64,000 nucleotides of DNA from Flexilinea sp. (GTDB lineage Bacteria > Chloroflexota > Anaerolineae > Anaerolineales > Anaerolineaceae): contig JAPKMT010000009.1 of the NCBI GenBank assembly GCA_026645735.1, positions 2,662 to 66,661 of the forward strand, read 5' to 3'. How positions within the stretch are numbered: the first letter of the stretch is position 1; each line of letters starts with the position of its first letter. Below are positions 20,601 to 29,416 of this stretch, piece after piece. The notes beneath the pieces were generated by a model. It saw only the letters and a program-made list of their open reading frames with translations, did no database searches and was not told where the DNA came from. The position numbers and the translations under genes are program-made.

Positions 20601-21646
20601 TTTGCATGACGGACCAAATCATAAACAATCAAGAAATAGGCATCAAAACCCATTGTGTGAATAATATTCAGTTCTTTTTCAATCCGTTCACGGACAGCAG
20701 GATCATTTTCAACACGCTCGCCATATTTTTTTCTCAGACCTTGTTCGCAGAGTTTCCGCAGGGTCGTCTCAGGAGTCTCCCCTTCCGAAACAGGAAAAAT
20801 CGGCAGATGATATTCTTTTTGAGTCAGGTCAATATTGCACCGCTCGGCAATTTTCAGCGTGTTTTCAATCGCACCCGGAATGTGACCAAACAGCCTTTCC
20901 ATCTCTTCAGGCGAGCGCAAATAATACGTCTTGTCAGACATCCGGAAACGATTGGTATCACTCAATCGCGAGCCGGTTTGGATTGCCAGCATAATGTCCT
21001 GATATTTCCAATCTTCCGGATCAACATAATGAATGTCATTCGTCGCAACAAACTGCAGATTGTATTCTTTCCCCAGGTCAATCAGGGTATTATTCATCTT
21101 TTTGATTTCAGGAATGTCATGATCCTGAAGCTCAATATAAAAATGATCGCGGTCAAAAACTTGCAGATACCAGTCCAGTTTTTCACGAGCTGCCTGTATG
21201 TTCATCTGAAGAATACTGCGCGGAATTTCAGCAGCCATGCAGCCAGACGTACAAATCAGCCCCGCAGAATGAGATGCAAGGAACTCATGGTCAATTCTCG
21301 GATGATAATAATATCCTTCCAATTGAGAAGCAGTGGCAATCTGCAATAAATTCTGATACCCTTGATCCGTCTCAGCTAACAATAGAAGATGTGTTGAAGT
21401 TTTTTCCTGCGCATCCCGCACTTTCATATTGTCGGAGGCCATATACGTTTCCAAACCAATGATCGGTTTGATTCCCGCATTTTTGGCTGTTTGAAAGAAA
21501 TCGATCACACCAAACATCGTACCATGGTCAGTTATCGCAATCGCTGGCATTCCCATCTCTTTGACACGGGTTATCAATTTATTAATTTTCGAAAAACCAT
21601 CCAGTAGAGAGTATTCCGTATGAACGTGCAGATGGGCAAATGACAT
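17624..21646 (-). CDS. dnaE: DNA polymerase III alpha subunit
   Basis: HLHVHTEYSLLDG PHP start, RGSGAGS, PDIDLD, KIDFLGL, FNKSH; GGAGG RBS before ATG 21646. Confidence 0.97.
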   Translation of the reverse strand: MSFAHLHVHTEYSLLDGFSKINKLITRVKEMGMPAIAITDHGTMFGVIDFFQTAKNAGIKPIIGLETYMASDNMKVRDAQEKTSTHLLLLAETDQGYQNLLQIATASQLEGYYYHPRIDHEFLASHSAGLICTSGCMAAEIPRSILQMNIQAAREKLDWYLQVFDRDHFYIELQDHDIPEIKKMNNTLIDLGKEYNLQFVATNDIHYVDPEDWKYQDIMLAIQTGSRLSDTNRFRMSDKTYYLRSPEEMERLFGHIPGAIENTLKIAERCNIDLTQKEYHLPIFPVSEGETPETTLRKLCEQGLRKKYGERVENDPAVRERIEKELNIIHTMGFDAYFLIVYDLVRHAKENNIWYNVRGSGAGSMVAYTLDITPVEPLSFKLIFERFLNPERISMPDIDLDIQDDQRFKLLEYCSQKYGADHVAQIITFNTLGAKGAVRDVARVMDIPLPEVDRICKLIPAGTKMPFSGKAITLENCLEEVQEFREAIQAQPILTELVTTASQMEGVTKSVGTHAAGLIITDYPIVQYAPLHRPTNGTDDNPIKSVSQFEMNVVDTMKLLKIDFLGLATLTVMQKCCQMIEKRHGIHFTLSNIPTDDPETFAYISAGHTAGIFQLEGGGMTRYVMEMKPRNLDNIIAMVALYRPGPMQFIPDYIACLHGKKEPEYRHERLKPIFSDTFGIPVYQEQIMFAAMDLAGYTAAESDSLRKAISKKKKKDIELHRKKFIDGCIKNGIEEKTAVDIFSDWEQFANYGFNKSHAADYGVLAVQTGFLKTHYFIEYMTASLDANLSDSAKIAFYINECKTHGVDVLPPQINSSFWGFSVEDDPDGKSRIRFGMGAVKNVGQNAVEAIIEEREKNGPFQNLDDFAERMDLRMVGRRALECLVKVGAMDQFGERGSLLASLDAIINTCTANIRSKDSGQINLFEMMSIPTCHIELVETPPIESHEKLSWERELMGLYVSDHPLNAHLSVLKRRKALTHQQLDPLDQGMQVSIGGMVQSMRIMLTKKDSRTMCSVKLEDIHGDLTDVLFYPKQWEKVQDVVKTDAVLIIGGRLDKSRMSIQIVGSSAQSLMVGEIPQAVAEFADSFTNEVDEQFNTNDPVETENLPSPGIYQNGSAKEIDDIPEEPEVPWNQILEEPGTGDTWTEGPIIDLNGLENTDHSDSIQKNETAMKTQDVSPSEVGLSSTKSEIWVNDHDGLENFRSHDEEANVEESSNTMQPISTDDQKTSDTHEIQPHPSEYPEIEEDEDDLIFPDKPKKKPKLLTIIIKREPDNPIESIIRKMKRVHGLITSYPGRDQFAFLIKEGGKTNLVEFPDTMTNICEELLSKIRKEIGEKNIQIED

Positions 21647-21706
21647 TTTTAAATCCTCCAAAAGATGTCCTTATTTTAACGTATTTTCTCAGTCTTCTTT
21701 AATCCG

Positions 21707-21782
21707 CAGCGATTCCTACAAAAATTGGATTCAATTTTCGTTATCGGATGTGTAATTTCTTTCATCTGCTGTTCGAAATATG
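21707..21782. repeat. 76-bp dispersed repeat, copy 2
   Basis: 70/76 identical to 1311-1386. Confidence 0.9.
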
Positions 21783-21895
21783 AAAAGGATGTCATCATCT
21801 CATATATCTTTGAATTATGACATTTGAAAGAATTTTTCTATGACTTTTATTTATTTACAAGTTGATGAAAATCATTTACACTAAAAAAAGGACAA

Positions 21896-21909
21896 TGCAA
21901 ACGATTGCA
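21896..21909. promoter_or_regulatory. LacI-family operator candidate
   Basis: TGCAAACGATTGCA fits TGNAANCGNTTNCA, 62 bp upstream of LacI gene. Confidence 0.7.
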
Positions 21910-21971
21910 CAAGAACTGAGAGCAAATACCTGTTGATGGAAAATCGATCGATTTCATAAAGGATCAAAAAG

Positions 21972-22976
21972 ATGGTTACGATCAACGATGTTGCGAAAGA
22001 AGCAAATGTCTCCGCCTCCACAGTTTCCCGTGTACTAAACAACACCGGGACGATCAGCCAGCTTACGACCAATACAGTCATCAGGGCAGTAAAAAAACTC
22101 GGATATGAACCGAATGTCCTGGCTCGCAATTTTCGGAAGAAACGGACAAGAACAATCCTCATTCTGACTCCCAACATGACAAATCCGTTTTATTCCAATG
22201 TAATTTCCGGCATCTGTGATTTGAGCAGAGACATGAACTACAGTTCCTTTGTCTGCAACACTACAGATGAAACCGAACAAATCAAAAAAACACTGGATAT
22301 GCTGTATAAACACAAAGCTGATGGAGCGATTCTTCTGGCCTCCGAAAAAGGTCAGTTTTGGATATCAGATTACGCGGATGAATTTCCAATCATTCAGTGT
22401 TGTGAGTATGATCCGGATTTGGAAATCTCCCATGTTTCCATCGACAATTATCATGCTGCAGTCGAAACCGTTCGATATCTGATCGCTCTTGGTCATAAAA
22501 AAATCGGTACAATTAGCAGTACGAACAAATATCTCTCAACGGATAATCGCCTGAAAGGCTATAAGGATGCCCTCCATGAGGCAGGGCTTGAATCCACCGA
22601 CCGCTTTGTCTCCTTTGCTGGAAAAGACTACAACTACCAAAGCGGATGCAGAGCCGCCGAAAAACTGCTTGCCCAATCTGATCGGCCAACTGCTTTATTC
22701 TGCATTTCCGATGTGCTGGCAATGGGAGCAGTCAACACGGCAAAAATTATGGGATTACGAATTCCGGAAGATCTATCCATTGTTGGTTTCGATGATGTGG
22801 AACAGACTTCCATGTTTACACCAAAAATTACAACGGTTGCACAACCATGCTACAGCCTGGGTCAAAAAGCAGCAGAATTGTTGTGCAAAAATCTTGAACA
22901 GAATGAATCGATCCCCTTAGAAACAATTCTTCCTTATCGGATGATTGTTCGTGAATCGACCGGACCCAGGCCATAA
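21972..22976 (+). CDS. LacI family transcriptional regulator
   Basis: TINDVAKEANVSASTVSRVLN HTH, YEPNVLARNF hinge, LSIVGFDD. Confidence 0.95.
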   Translation: MVTINDVAKEANVSASTVSRVLNNTGTISQLTTNTVIRAVKKLGYEPNVLARNFRKKRTRTILILTPNMTNPFYSNVISGICDLSRDMNYSSFVCNTTDETEQIKKTLDMLYKHKADGAILLASEKGQFWISDYADEFPIIQCCEYDPDLEISHVSIDNYHAAVETVRYLIALGHKKIGTISSTNKYLSTDNRLKGYKDALHEAGLESTDRFVSFAGKDYNYQSGCRAAEKLLAQSDRPTALFCISDVLAMGAVNTAKIMGLRIPEDLSIVGFDDVEQTSMFTPKITTVAQPCYSLGQKAAELLCKNLEQNESIPLETILPYRMIVRESTGPRP

Positions 22977-23046
22977 ACATTAAAAATCACGGTTCACTAA
23001 TGACGGTAAACCGTAGATTCATAATTATGTAGTAGGAGGAGAAAAT

Positions 23047-24102
23047 ATGTCGAAGAAATTGTTTGTTTTATCGATTGTGCTCGTTCTTGCGATGGCAATA
23101 ACGGGTGTTGTCTCAGCAGCGGATTCTTTCAAAATCGGCGTTGTAACACCGGATGCTGATCATGGATTTACAGGCGAAAGTGTCGCACATGCACGCGCTG
23201 AACTTGAAAAATTATCGAAGGAACTTGGATTTGAATACAAATTCGAGGTCGGCGGCGAAGCAGCAAAACAGATTGCAGCTCTTGAAACCATTTTGGAATG
23301 GGGTCCGGATTGTATCGTCTTATGGCCGCTCGAAGGAGAACAATTAAAGAATGCAGCCACCACGATTATGGAAGCCGGCGTGAAACTGATCATCTATGAT
23401 CGTTTAATTGATGGATTCAAACCGACTGCAGAAATCATGGGTGACAACGAGACCATTGGCAAATGGATGGGCGAGTACTTGCTGAAATATTTTGCTGAAC
23501 AATTAAAAGCAGGCGAAACCATCACTTATCTGCGATTCATCGGCGACAGCTCAACTGTATCCATTCAGCGCTCCAAAGGTATGGATGATGTCATTGCAGC
23601 ATCGGAATATGCCGCTCAATTCAAACAGGTTCAGGCGAACTATCAAACCGACTGGTCCAATGCCAAAGCCCAGGAACAAATGGAAAACTGGCTGACCACA
23701 GCAGACGCCAAAGAAATTGAAGATCTGGATCTGATCGTCACGCATGATGATGAAGTGGTTGACGGTATTGTCGTTGCTTTGAACAACTATTTTGGCAGCG
23801 ATCCGGCAGCGAAACTGAACATCAAATTGATGACCGGTGTTGGCGGAAGACGTGAAACCCTGGCGACCTTTGACAAACCGGTTGCAAACGGGATTGAGCT
23901 CGATACCTACTTCTTCAGCCCATCCTTTATCCGCGAAGCCATCCGTCTGGGTGTGGCTGCTGCACAAGGACAACAGTATGCCGGAGAGGATATCAATGGA
24001 CAGCTTTTCCTGATTCCTTCCATTGAAATCGACAAAAACACAGTCGAGAAATTCCGCGCCAGCAAAGAATTTGAAGAGCGCTACAGTATTTCAATGAACT
24101 AA
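23047..24102 (+). CDS. Monosaccharide ABC solute-binding protein (RbsB-like)
   Basis: Signal peptide, IIYDR/GDN motifs, operon context. Confidence 0.85.
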   Translation: MSKKLFVLSIVLVLAMAITGVVSAADSFKIGVVTPDADHGFTGESVAHARAELEKLSKELGFEYKFEVGGEAAKQIAALETILEWGPDCIVLWPLEGEQLKNAATTIMEAGVKLIIYDRLIDGFKPTAEIMGDNETIGKWMGEYLLKYFAEQLKAGETITYLRFIGDSSTVSIQRSKGMDDVIAASEYAAQFKQVQANYQTDWSNAKAQEQMENWLTTADAKEIEDLDLIVTHDDEVVDGIVVALNNYFGSDPAAKLNIKLMTGVGGRRETLATFDKPVANGIELDTYFFSPSFIREAIRLGVAAAQGQQYAGEDINGQLFLIPSIEIDKNTVEKFRASKEFEERYSISMN

Positions 24103-24128
24103 CCTGATAAATTAACAAACTCAGGTAC

Positions 24129-24158
24129 AAGCCGTCCGGCAAGAAACCGGACGGCTTT
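24129..24158 (+). terminator. Stem-loop after solute-binding protein gene
   Basis: AAGCCGTCCGG-CAAGAAA-CCGGACGGCTT. Confidence 0.75.
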
Positions 24159-24253
24159 CCTATATTCATTCAGTAATTTGAGATATGGGAAGAAATGTTT
24201 TTCAGAATGTGATAGTTGCACAAAGGTAGCAACCGCATTGCAATCACTTTTCT

Positions 24254-24376
24254 CTTTTTATTCGCAAAACTGTTTCTATTTCGAATAAAGAAAGAAAATC
24301 TGTTGTTCTTATGGTTTTGCGCGAAGCGCAAAACCATAAGAACAACAATGAATTCTTTTCATACTTCGAATTACTG
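24254..24376 (+). mobile_element. 123-bp MITE copy (left end decayed)
   Basis: Perfect 22-bp arms 24301-24322/24326-24347 with GAA loop; right end CATACTTCGAATTACTG; TSD not recognisable. Confidence 0.8.
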
Positions 24377-24441
24377 AATTTCTGGTTATTAGTTTTCTAT
24401 TACAATTATTCATATTTTTATGATAAAGGGAGGTGATTTAT

Positions 24442-25947
24442 TTGCTCATAGAGATGAAAGGAATCGTTAAAGATTTCGGCCCTGTCAGAGCGGTTGATCA
24501 CATTGATTTTACGGTTGATTCAGGGGAAATCATCGGTTTGCTTGGAGAAAATGGAGCAGGAAAAACGACCTTGATGAATGTGCTTGCGGGCACATTTCCA
24601 CCGGACGAAGGCGAAATCTTTATCGATAAAAACAAAGTTCACATATCAAATGCCTTGCACGCGATGCGCATGGGAATCCGTTTTATCCACCAGGAAATCA
24701 GCCTCTGTAATGATTTGCGTGTTTTTGAGAATATATTTCTATCTGAAGAGATACTTCGAAAAAACGGACTTCTGGACAAAAAAGAAATGATTAGCCGTTG
24801 TCTGAAGGTTTTCGAACGTATGCAGGTCCACATCGATCCGAATGCCATCGTCGCCACTTTGCAACCGGCTGAAAGACAACTGGTTGAAATTGCCCGAGCC
24901 CTATTATTCAAATGCGACCTGATCATCATGGATGAACCATCTACCGCACTCGCAACGAAAGAAATACACAGATTATTCGACATCATGCGACAGCTTAAAA
25001 CGGAGGGAGTCAGTTTTATTTATATCTCTCATAAGATGCCTGAGCTGTTTGAAATTTGCGATATTTACTACATCATGCGGGATGGGAAGCTGGTCGCACA
25101 TGGCAAATTTGCAGATATCGATGAACAACAGGCGACAGAACTGATGATTGGCCGCCATTTGGCTGATGAAGAATTTTTGAACAAGCCATATTATGGAAAG
25201 GATGAAGTCGTTCTGTCTGTTAAAAATTTTTCCGGTCAATCGTTTTTTGATATCAACTTTGATCTGCACAAAGGGGAAATTCTGGCAATAACCGGCTTAC
25301 AGGGATCCGGCCGTGATCTGCTGGCAGATGCATTATTCGGCGCAGAAGCGTATACCGGAAGCCTTGAGGTAAAGAACAGTGCACTAAAACCGGGTAGTAC
25401 CATTATTGATCACATGAAAAACGGCATTGGTATGGTTCCAAGATCACGGAAGGAACGCGGCATTCATAATGATCTCTCCATCTACGACAATATTTCAATG
25501 GCATTCTTCAATACGAAATTTAGGCGCATACTGATTGATAATCGAAGGGAGAGAGAAAGATTTTTGCGCGAACAAAAAGCGCTTTCGATTAAAACAGACC
25601 AGCCCAAAAATCCCATCACGTCATTGTCCGGCGGAAATCAGCAAAAAGTGATTCTTGGTCGATGGCTTGAGGCGGATGCAGACATTCTGCTTTTTGATAA
25701 TCCGACACAAGGTATCGATGTCGGAACAAAATTTGAAATTTATCGTTTGATCATCGATCTGGCAAAAAAAGGAAAAGCAATTATCGTTTTTAGTTCCGAG
25801 TTTCCGGAAATTCACAAAGTTGCCGATGCTTGTATTGTTTTATACAAAGGCAGAGTTAATGCCAGATTAAATCGGGAAGAAATTACGGAAATGAGTCTCA
25901 TGTATTATTCTACTGGAGCAAATTTAGAGGCGGTAAAAAATGGTTAG
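24442..25947 (+). CDS. Sugar ABC transporter ATP-binding protein (RbsA/MglA-like)
   Basis: GENGAGKT Walker A, two ABC domains, LSGGNQQKV; GGAGG RBS before TTG. Confidence 0.93.
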   Translation: MLIEMKGIVKDFGPVRAVDHIDFTVDSGEIIGLLGENGAGKTTLMNVLAGTFPPDEGEIFIDKNKVHISNALHAMRMGIRFIHQEISLCNDLRVFENIFLSEEILRKNGLLDKKEMISRCLKVFERMQVHIDPNAIVATLQPAERQLVEIARALLFKCDLIIMDEPSTALATKEIHRLFDIMRQLKTEGVSFIYISHKMPELFEICDIYYIMRDGKLVAHGKFADIDEQQATELMIGRHLADEEFLNKPYYGKDEVVLSVKNFSGQSFFDINFDLHKGEILAITGLQGSGRDLLADALFGAEAYTGSLEVKNSALKPGSTIIDHMKNGIGMVPRSRKERGIHNDLSIYDNISMAFFNTKFRRILIDNRRERERFLREQKALSIKTDQPKNPITSLSGGNQQKVILGRWLEADADILLFDNPTQGIDVGTKFEIYRLIIDLAKKGKAIIVFSSEFPEIHKVADACIVLYKGRVNARLNREEITEMSLMYYSTGANLEAVKNG

Positions 25948-26929
25948 TGTATTTAAAAAATATTCATTCAAAGATCTCATCAAAAAATTATTTGCAGAAT
26001 ACAGCTACTGGCTTTCTTTTATTTTGCTCCTGGTCCTGGCCGTCAGCGTCAACACAAATTTCCTTCGGTGGAGCAATATTATCAATATTTTTGTTCAGAC
26101 AGCAACCACAGGAATTATCGCACTGGGCATGAGCATGGTGATATCAGCAGGTCAGATTGATATTTCTGTTGGAGCCCAAGTCGCCATTATTTCCGGTCTG
26201 GGCATCGTTGTATTGAATTTTACGAACAGTATCTGGCTGATGTTTGCATTCTGCCTTCTTCTGGGAACTGTAATCGGATCTTTAAACGGTCTCATGGTTG
26301 CAAAAGGCAATATGCCTGCCATGATTGCCACGCTGGCAATGCAGAGCATCTGTCGTTCCCTGATTAACCAGTGGGGGCAGGGCGGACCTTTTACGGTCAG
26401 TAATGCGAATTTCGATACATTTCGCCTTATTGCAGCAGGCAGCATCCGAATTTTCGGATTCAAAATCCCTTATCCCATGATCATGTTTATCGTATTCTCG
26501 ATTCTTTTCGGGATCATTATGCGTCAGACAAAATTGGGAAAACATATTTATGCAGTCGGCAGCAACTCAAATTCAGCCCGACTTGCCGGTGTGAATGTCA
26601 AAGGCATTCAGATAATCGTATTCATGATCACCGGACTGCTGTGCGGTTTTTCCGGATGGCTTTATGCTTCCCGCGTGATGGCCGTCGCTGCAGCCAGTGC
26701 CGGAAACGCATATGAGATGGAAGTCATTGCCGCTGTTGCCATCGGCGGAACATCGATGACCGGTGGTCGCGGAAAAATAATCGGAACGTTTTTGGGTGCG
26801 TTGATGTTTAAAATCATCAACAACATTCTGACCATGGCAGACGTCCCGACATTTCTGAACGGCGCGATCAGCGGTGCGATCATCATCGTCGCAGTACTGC
26901 TTCAAAACGTTCAGAATAAAAGTAAGTAA
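25940..26929 (+). CDS. Sugar ABC transporter permease (RbsC-like)
   Basis: IDISVG, GKHIYAVGSN, YEMEVIAAVAIGGTSMTGG. Confidence 0.93.
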   Translation: MVSVFKKYSFKDLIKKLFAEYSYWLSFILLLVLAVSVNTNFLRWSNIINIFVQTATTGIIALGMSMVISAGQIDISVGAQVAIISGLGIVVLNFTNSIWLMFAFCLLLGTVIGSLNGLMVAKGNMPAMIATLAMQSICRSLINQWGQGGPFTVSNANFDTFRLIAAGSIRIFGFKIPYPMIMFIVFSILFGIIMRQTKLGKHIYAVGSNSNSARLAGVNVKGIQIIVFMITGLLCGFSGWLYASRVMAVAAASAGNAYEMEVIAAVAIGGTSMTGGRGKIIGTFLGALMFKIINNILTMADVPTFLNGAISGAIIIVAVLLQNVQNKSK

Positions 26930-26938
26930 CAGGAGACA

Positions 26939-27061
26939 CAGCAATTCGATATGTCGAGCAGATTATTTGTTGTTGTGCTGTTTATACACAAAATGTGAAA
27001 CGGCACAACAACTTTTTTTTCTCGATTGATTTGAAAAACTGGTCTGAATTTCTGATTTGCG
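26939..27061 (-). mobile_element. 123-bp MITE copy with decayed hairpin
   Basis: CAGCAATTCGAT left end; flanks CAGGAGACA/CAGGAGGTA match 7/9. Confidence 0.75.
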
Positions 27062-27075
27062 CAGGAGGTAGAAAA

Positions 27076-28122
27076 ATGTATAGGATCGGTATTATTGGTT
27101 GTGGCAAAATCGCCGAAGTAAGGCATGCACCTGAATATGCAGAAAATCCGAACTGCTTACTGGCTGCATTTTTTGATGAAATTCCCGGAAGAGCTGAAAA
27201 TTTCGCACAAAAATATGGTGGCAAAGCTTATGATACGATCGATGAACTGCTTGCCAGTGGTATAGATGCTGTCAGTGTTTGTGCTGCAAATATCGCGCAC
27301 GCCGCCATTTCTATTAAAGCGCTTGAAGCTGGTGTGCATGTCCTGTGCGAAAAACCGATGGCCACTACACTGGCAGACTGTAAAGCAATGGTTCAGGCAG
27401 CCGACAAAAGCGGCAAATACCTGATGATTGGACAAAACCAGCGCCTGGCTCGTGCACACGTAAAAGCAAGGGAACTGATTCTGGCTGGGGAGATCGGGAA
27501 ATTACTGAGTTTTCGGACGACATTTGGTCATCCGGGTCCGGAAGGTTGGACTGGGCAGAAGAATTCCTGGTTCTTCGATAAGAAACGCGCTGTCTTTGGC
27601 GCGATGGCTGATCTGGGAGTTCACAAAACAGATCTGATTCATTTTCTGACCGGTGACGTAATAACGGAAGTGACAGCGCATATTGGAACACTGGATAAAA
27701 AGTATCCCGACGGTTCGCCAATCCTTGTTGATGACAACGCATACTGTATCTATCATACCCGCAGCGGGGTAATCGGCACGATGCATGTCAGTTGGACATT
27801 CTATGGCAATGAGGATAATTCAACCATATTGTATGGAACCGATGGAATCATCCGCTGTTACAACGATCCAAAATATGCATTGATCGTCGAGAAAAAAGAC
27901 GGTGCAAGAATTTTCTATGAGCTGGATCAGATGACATCCAACAAAGAACAGACTTCCGGAGGCAGGACCAATACCATGATCATCGACACCTTCATTGATT
28001 GTCTGCTGAAGAAAACGCCTCCTGCAATCTCAGGACGTGAAGCCATGAAAGCGATGAAAGTCATCTTTGCCGCAGAAAAATCCGCCGAACAAAGATGCAC
28101 AGTCCAGATTGATCAGGAATAA
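27076..28122 (+). CDS. Gfo/Idh/MocA family oxidoreductase
   Basis: IGIIGCGKIA, CEKPMA, GAMADLGVHKTD; GGAGG RBS. Confidence 0.92.
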   Translation: MYRIGIIGCGKIAEVRHAPEYAENPNCLLAAFFDEIPGRAENFAQKYGGKAYDTIDELLASGIDAVSVCAANIAHAAISIKALEAGVHVLCEKPMATTLADCKAMVQAADKSGKYLMIGQNQRLARAHVKARELILAGEIGKLLSFRTTFGHPGPEGWTGQKNSWFFDKKRAVFGAMADLGVHKTDLIHFLTGDVITEVTAHIGTLDKKYPDGSPILVDDNAYCIYHTRSGVIGTMHVSWTFYGNEDNSTILYGTDGIIRCYNDPKYALIVEKKDGARIFYELDQMTSNKEQTSGGRTNTMIIDTFIDCLLKKTPPAISGREAMKAMKVIFAAEKSAEQRCTVQIDQE

Positions 28123-28152
28123 CGGGTTGAATTAAGATTGCTTCTCCATGAT

Positions 28153-28193
28153 AAAAAAGGAGGGCTGCAAGATTTCTGCAGCTCTCCTTTTTT
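28153..28193. terminator. Bidirectional terminator
   Basis: AAAAAAGGAGGGCTGCA...TGCAGCTCTCCTTTTTT between convergent genes. Confidence 0.85.
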
Positions 28194-28295
28194 ATAAAGC
28201 GATTTAAAATATGGATGAGATCATTTGTGTTTATTTTGTTTTCCACTGATCATTCAAATTCTTCCTTCTAAAATTTGCTTTTTCCCCGGGAAGAA

Positions 28296-29318
28296 TTACC
28301 GCTGCACTCTGCCGGTTGCATTGCCCTTCATGAGGGCATTCACCTCCGCGACCGATACCTGATTCAAATCGAATTCAATTGATTGTTTCAGGCAGGAAGC
28401 AGCAACGGCAAACTCTATGGAATCCTGCGGCGCCATTCCTTCCAGCTCCGCATAGATCAGTCCGCCGCCGAAAGCGTCACCGCCTCCCACACGATCGACG
28501 ATATGGATCAGATATTCTTTGGAAAACCAGGTCTGACCATCCCGAAACAACATGCCTGCCCATTGATTGTCATTGGCAGAAATGCTGGTTCGCAAAGTGA
28601 TTGCGACCTCCTTGCAACCGAAACGTTTGGACAGTGTTTCTGCAACCTGAATGTATCCTTCTTTTGAAAGTTTTCCGGATATTACATCGGTATCTTCCGA
28701 TTTGATATTAAAGACATCCGCAGCATCCTCTTCATTGGCGATGCAGACATCCACATATTTCATCAAACCACCCATGACCTGACTGGCTTTTTCTTTTGTC
28801 CAGAGTTTTTTGCGGTAGTTCAAATCGCAGCTTATTCTTATGCCCATTTTTTTCGCAGTTTTGCAGGCTTCCTCACAAGCTGCCGCCATATGGTCGCTCA
28901 ATGCCGGTGTAATGCCGGTAAAATGGAACCAACGCACGCCATCAAAGATTTTCTCCCAGTTGAATTCGGATGGATCCGCTGCTGCAATTGCGGAGTTCTC
29001 ACGATCATAGATCACTTTGGATCCGCGTTGTGATGCACCTTTTTCCACAAAATAGATTCCAAGACGTTTTCCACCCCGAATAATTTTCGAAGTATCAACA
29101 CCAAACCTGCGCAGTTCATTGACACACGCCTGTCCAATCTCATTATCAGGAATTTTTGTTACAAAAGAAACATTTTTTCCATAATTCGCCAGCGATACGG
29201 CGACATTGGCTTCGCCTCCGGCAAAGGAAACCACCAACCGGTCTGCCTGAACCAGACGCAGATATCCTTCCGGATTCAGCCGCATCATAATTTCGCCAAA
29301 ACAGACAATTTTATCCAT
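28296..29318 (-). CDS. kdgK: PfkB family sugar kinase, 2-keto-3-deoxygluconate kinase-like (copy 1)
   Basis: FGEIMMRL, GGEANVA, WFHFTGITPA, DLNYR..LW, DRVGGGDAF. Confidence 0.88.
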   Translation of the reverse strand: MDKIVCFGEIMMRLNPEGYLRLVQADRLVVSFAGGEANVAVSLANYGKNVSFVTKIPDNEIGQACVNELRRFGVDTSKIIRGGKRLGIYFVEKGASQRGSKVIYDRENSAIAAADPSEFNWEKIFDGVRWFHFTGITPALSDHMAAACEEACKTAKKMGIRISCDLNYRKKLWTKEKASQVMGGLMKYVDVCIANEEDAADVFNIKSEDTDVISGKLSKEGYIQVAETLSKRFGCKEVAITLRTSISANDNQWAGMLFRDGQTWFSKEYLIHIVDRVGGGDAFGGGLIYAELEGMAPQDSIEFAVAASCLKQSIEFDLNQVSVAEVNALMKGNATGRVQR

Positions 29319-29333
29319 TTGTTTTATCCTTCT

Positions 29334-29387
29334 CAACAATTCGAAATAGAAATCAACCAATAATCATCTTCATATTTCGAATTACTG
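29334..29387. mobile_element. Internally deleted MITE derivative (54 bp)
   Basis: CAACAATTCGAAAT ... CATATTTCGAATTACTG; no TSD match. Confidence 0.55.
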
Positions 29388-29416
29388 GTCAATATTTTAA
29401 ATATTTGTATCTTTCT

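Noticed and set aside
20606-21349. Long antisense ORFs inside dnaE, ileS and other genes
   Set aside because: They fully overlap well-supported genes on the opposite strand and show no recognisable motifs.
17624-21646. Intein in the long DnaE
   Set aside because: No C/S...HN intein motifs or LAGLIDADG blocks; the extra length is an acidic linker near the C-terminus.
16397-21646. dnaE-pfkA adjacency as a novel association
   Set aside because: Similar order is common in Firmicutes; no evidence of functional coupling.
24227-24243. Second LacI operator AGCAACCGCATTGCA
   Set aside because: Does not fit the 14-bp dyad spacing; weak.
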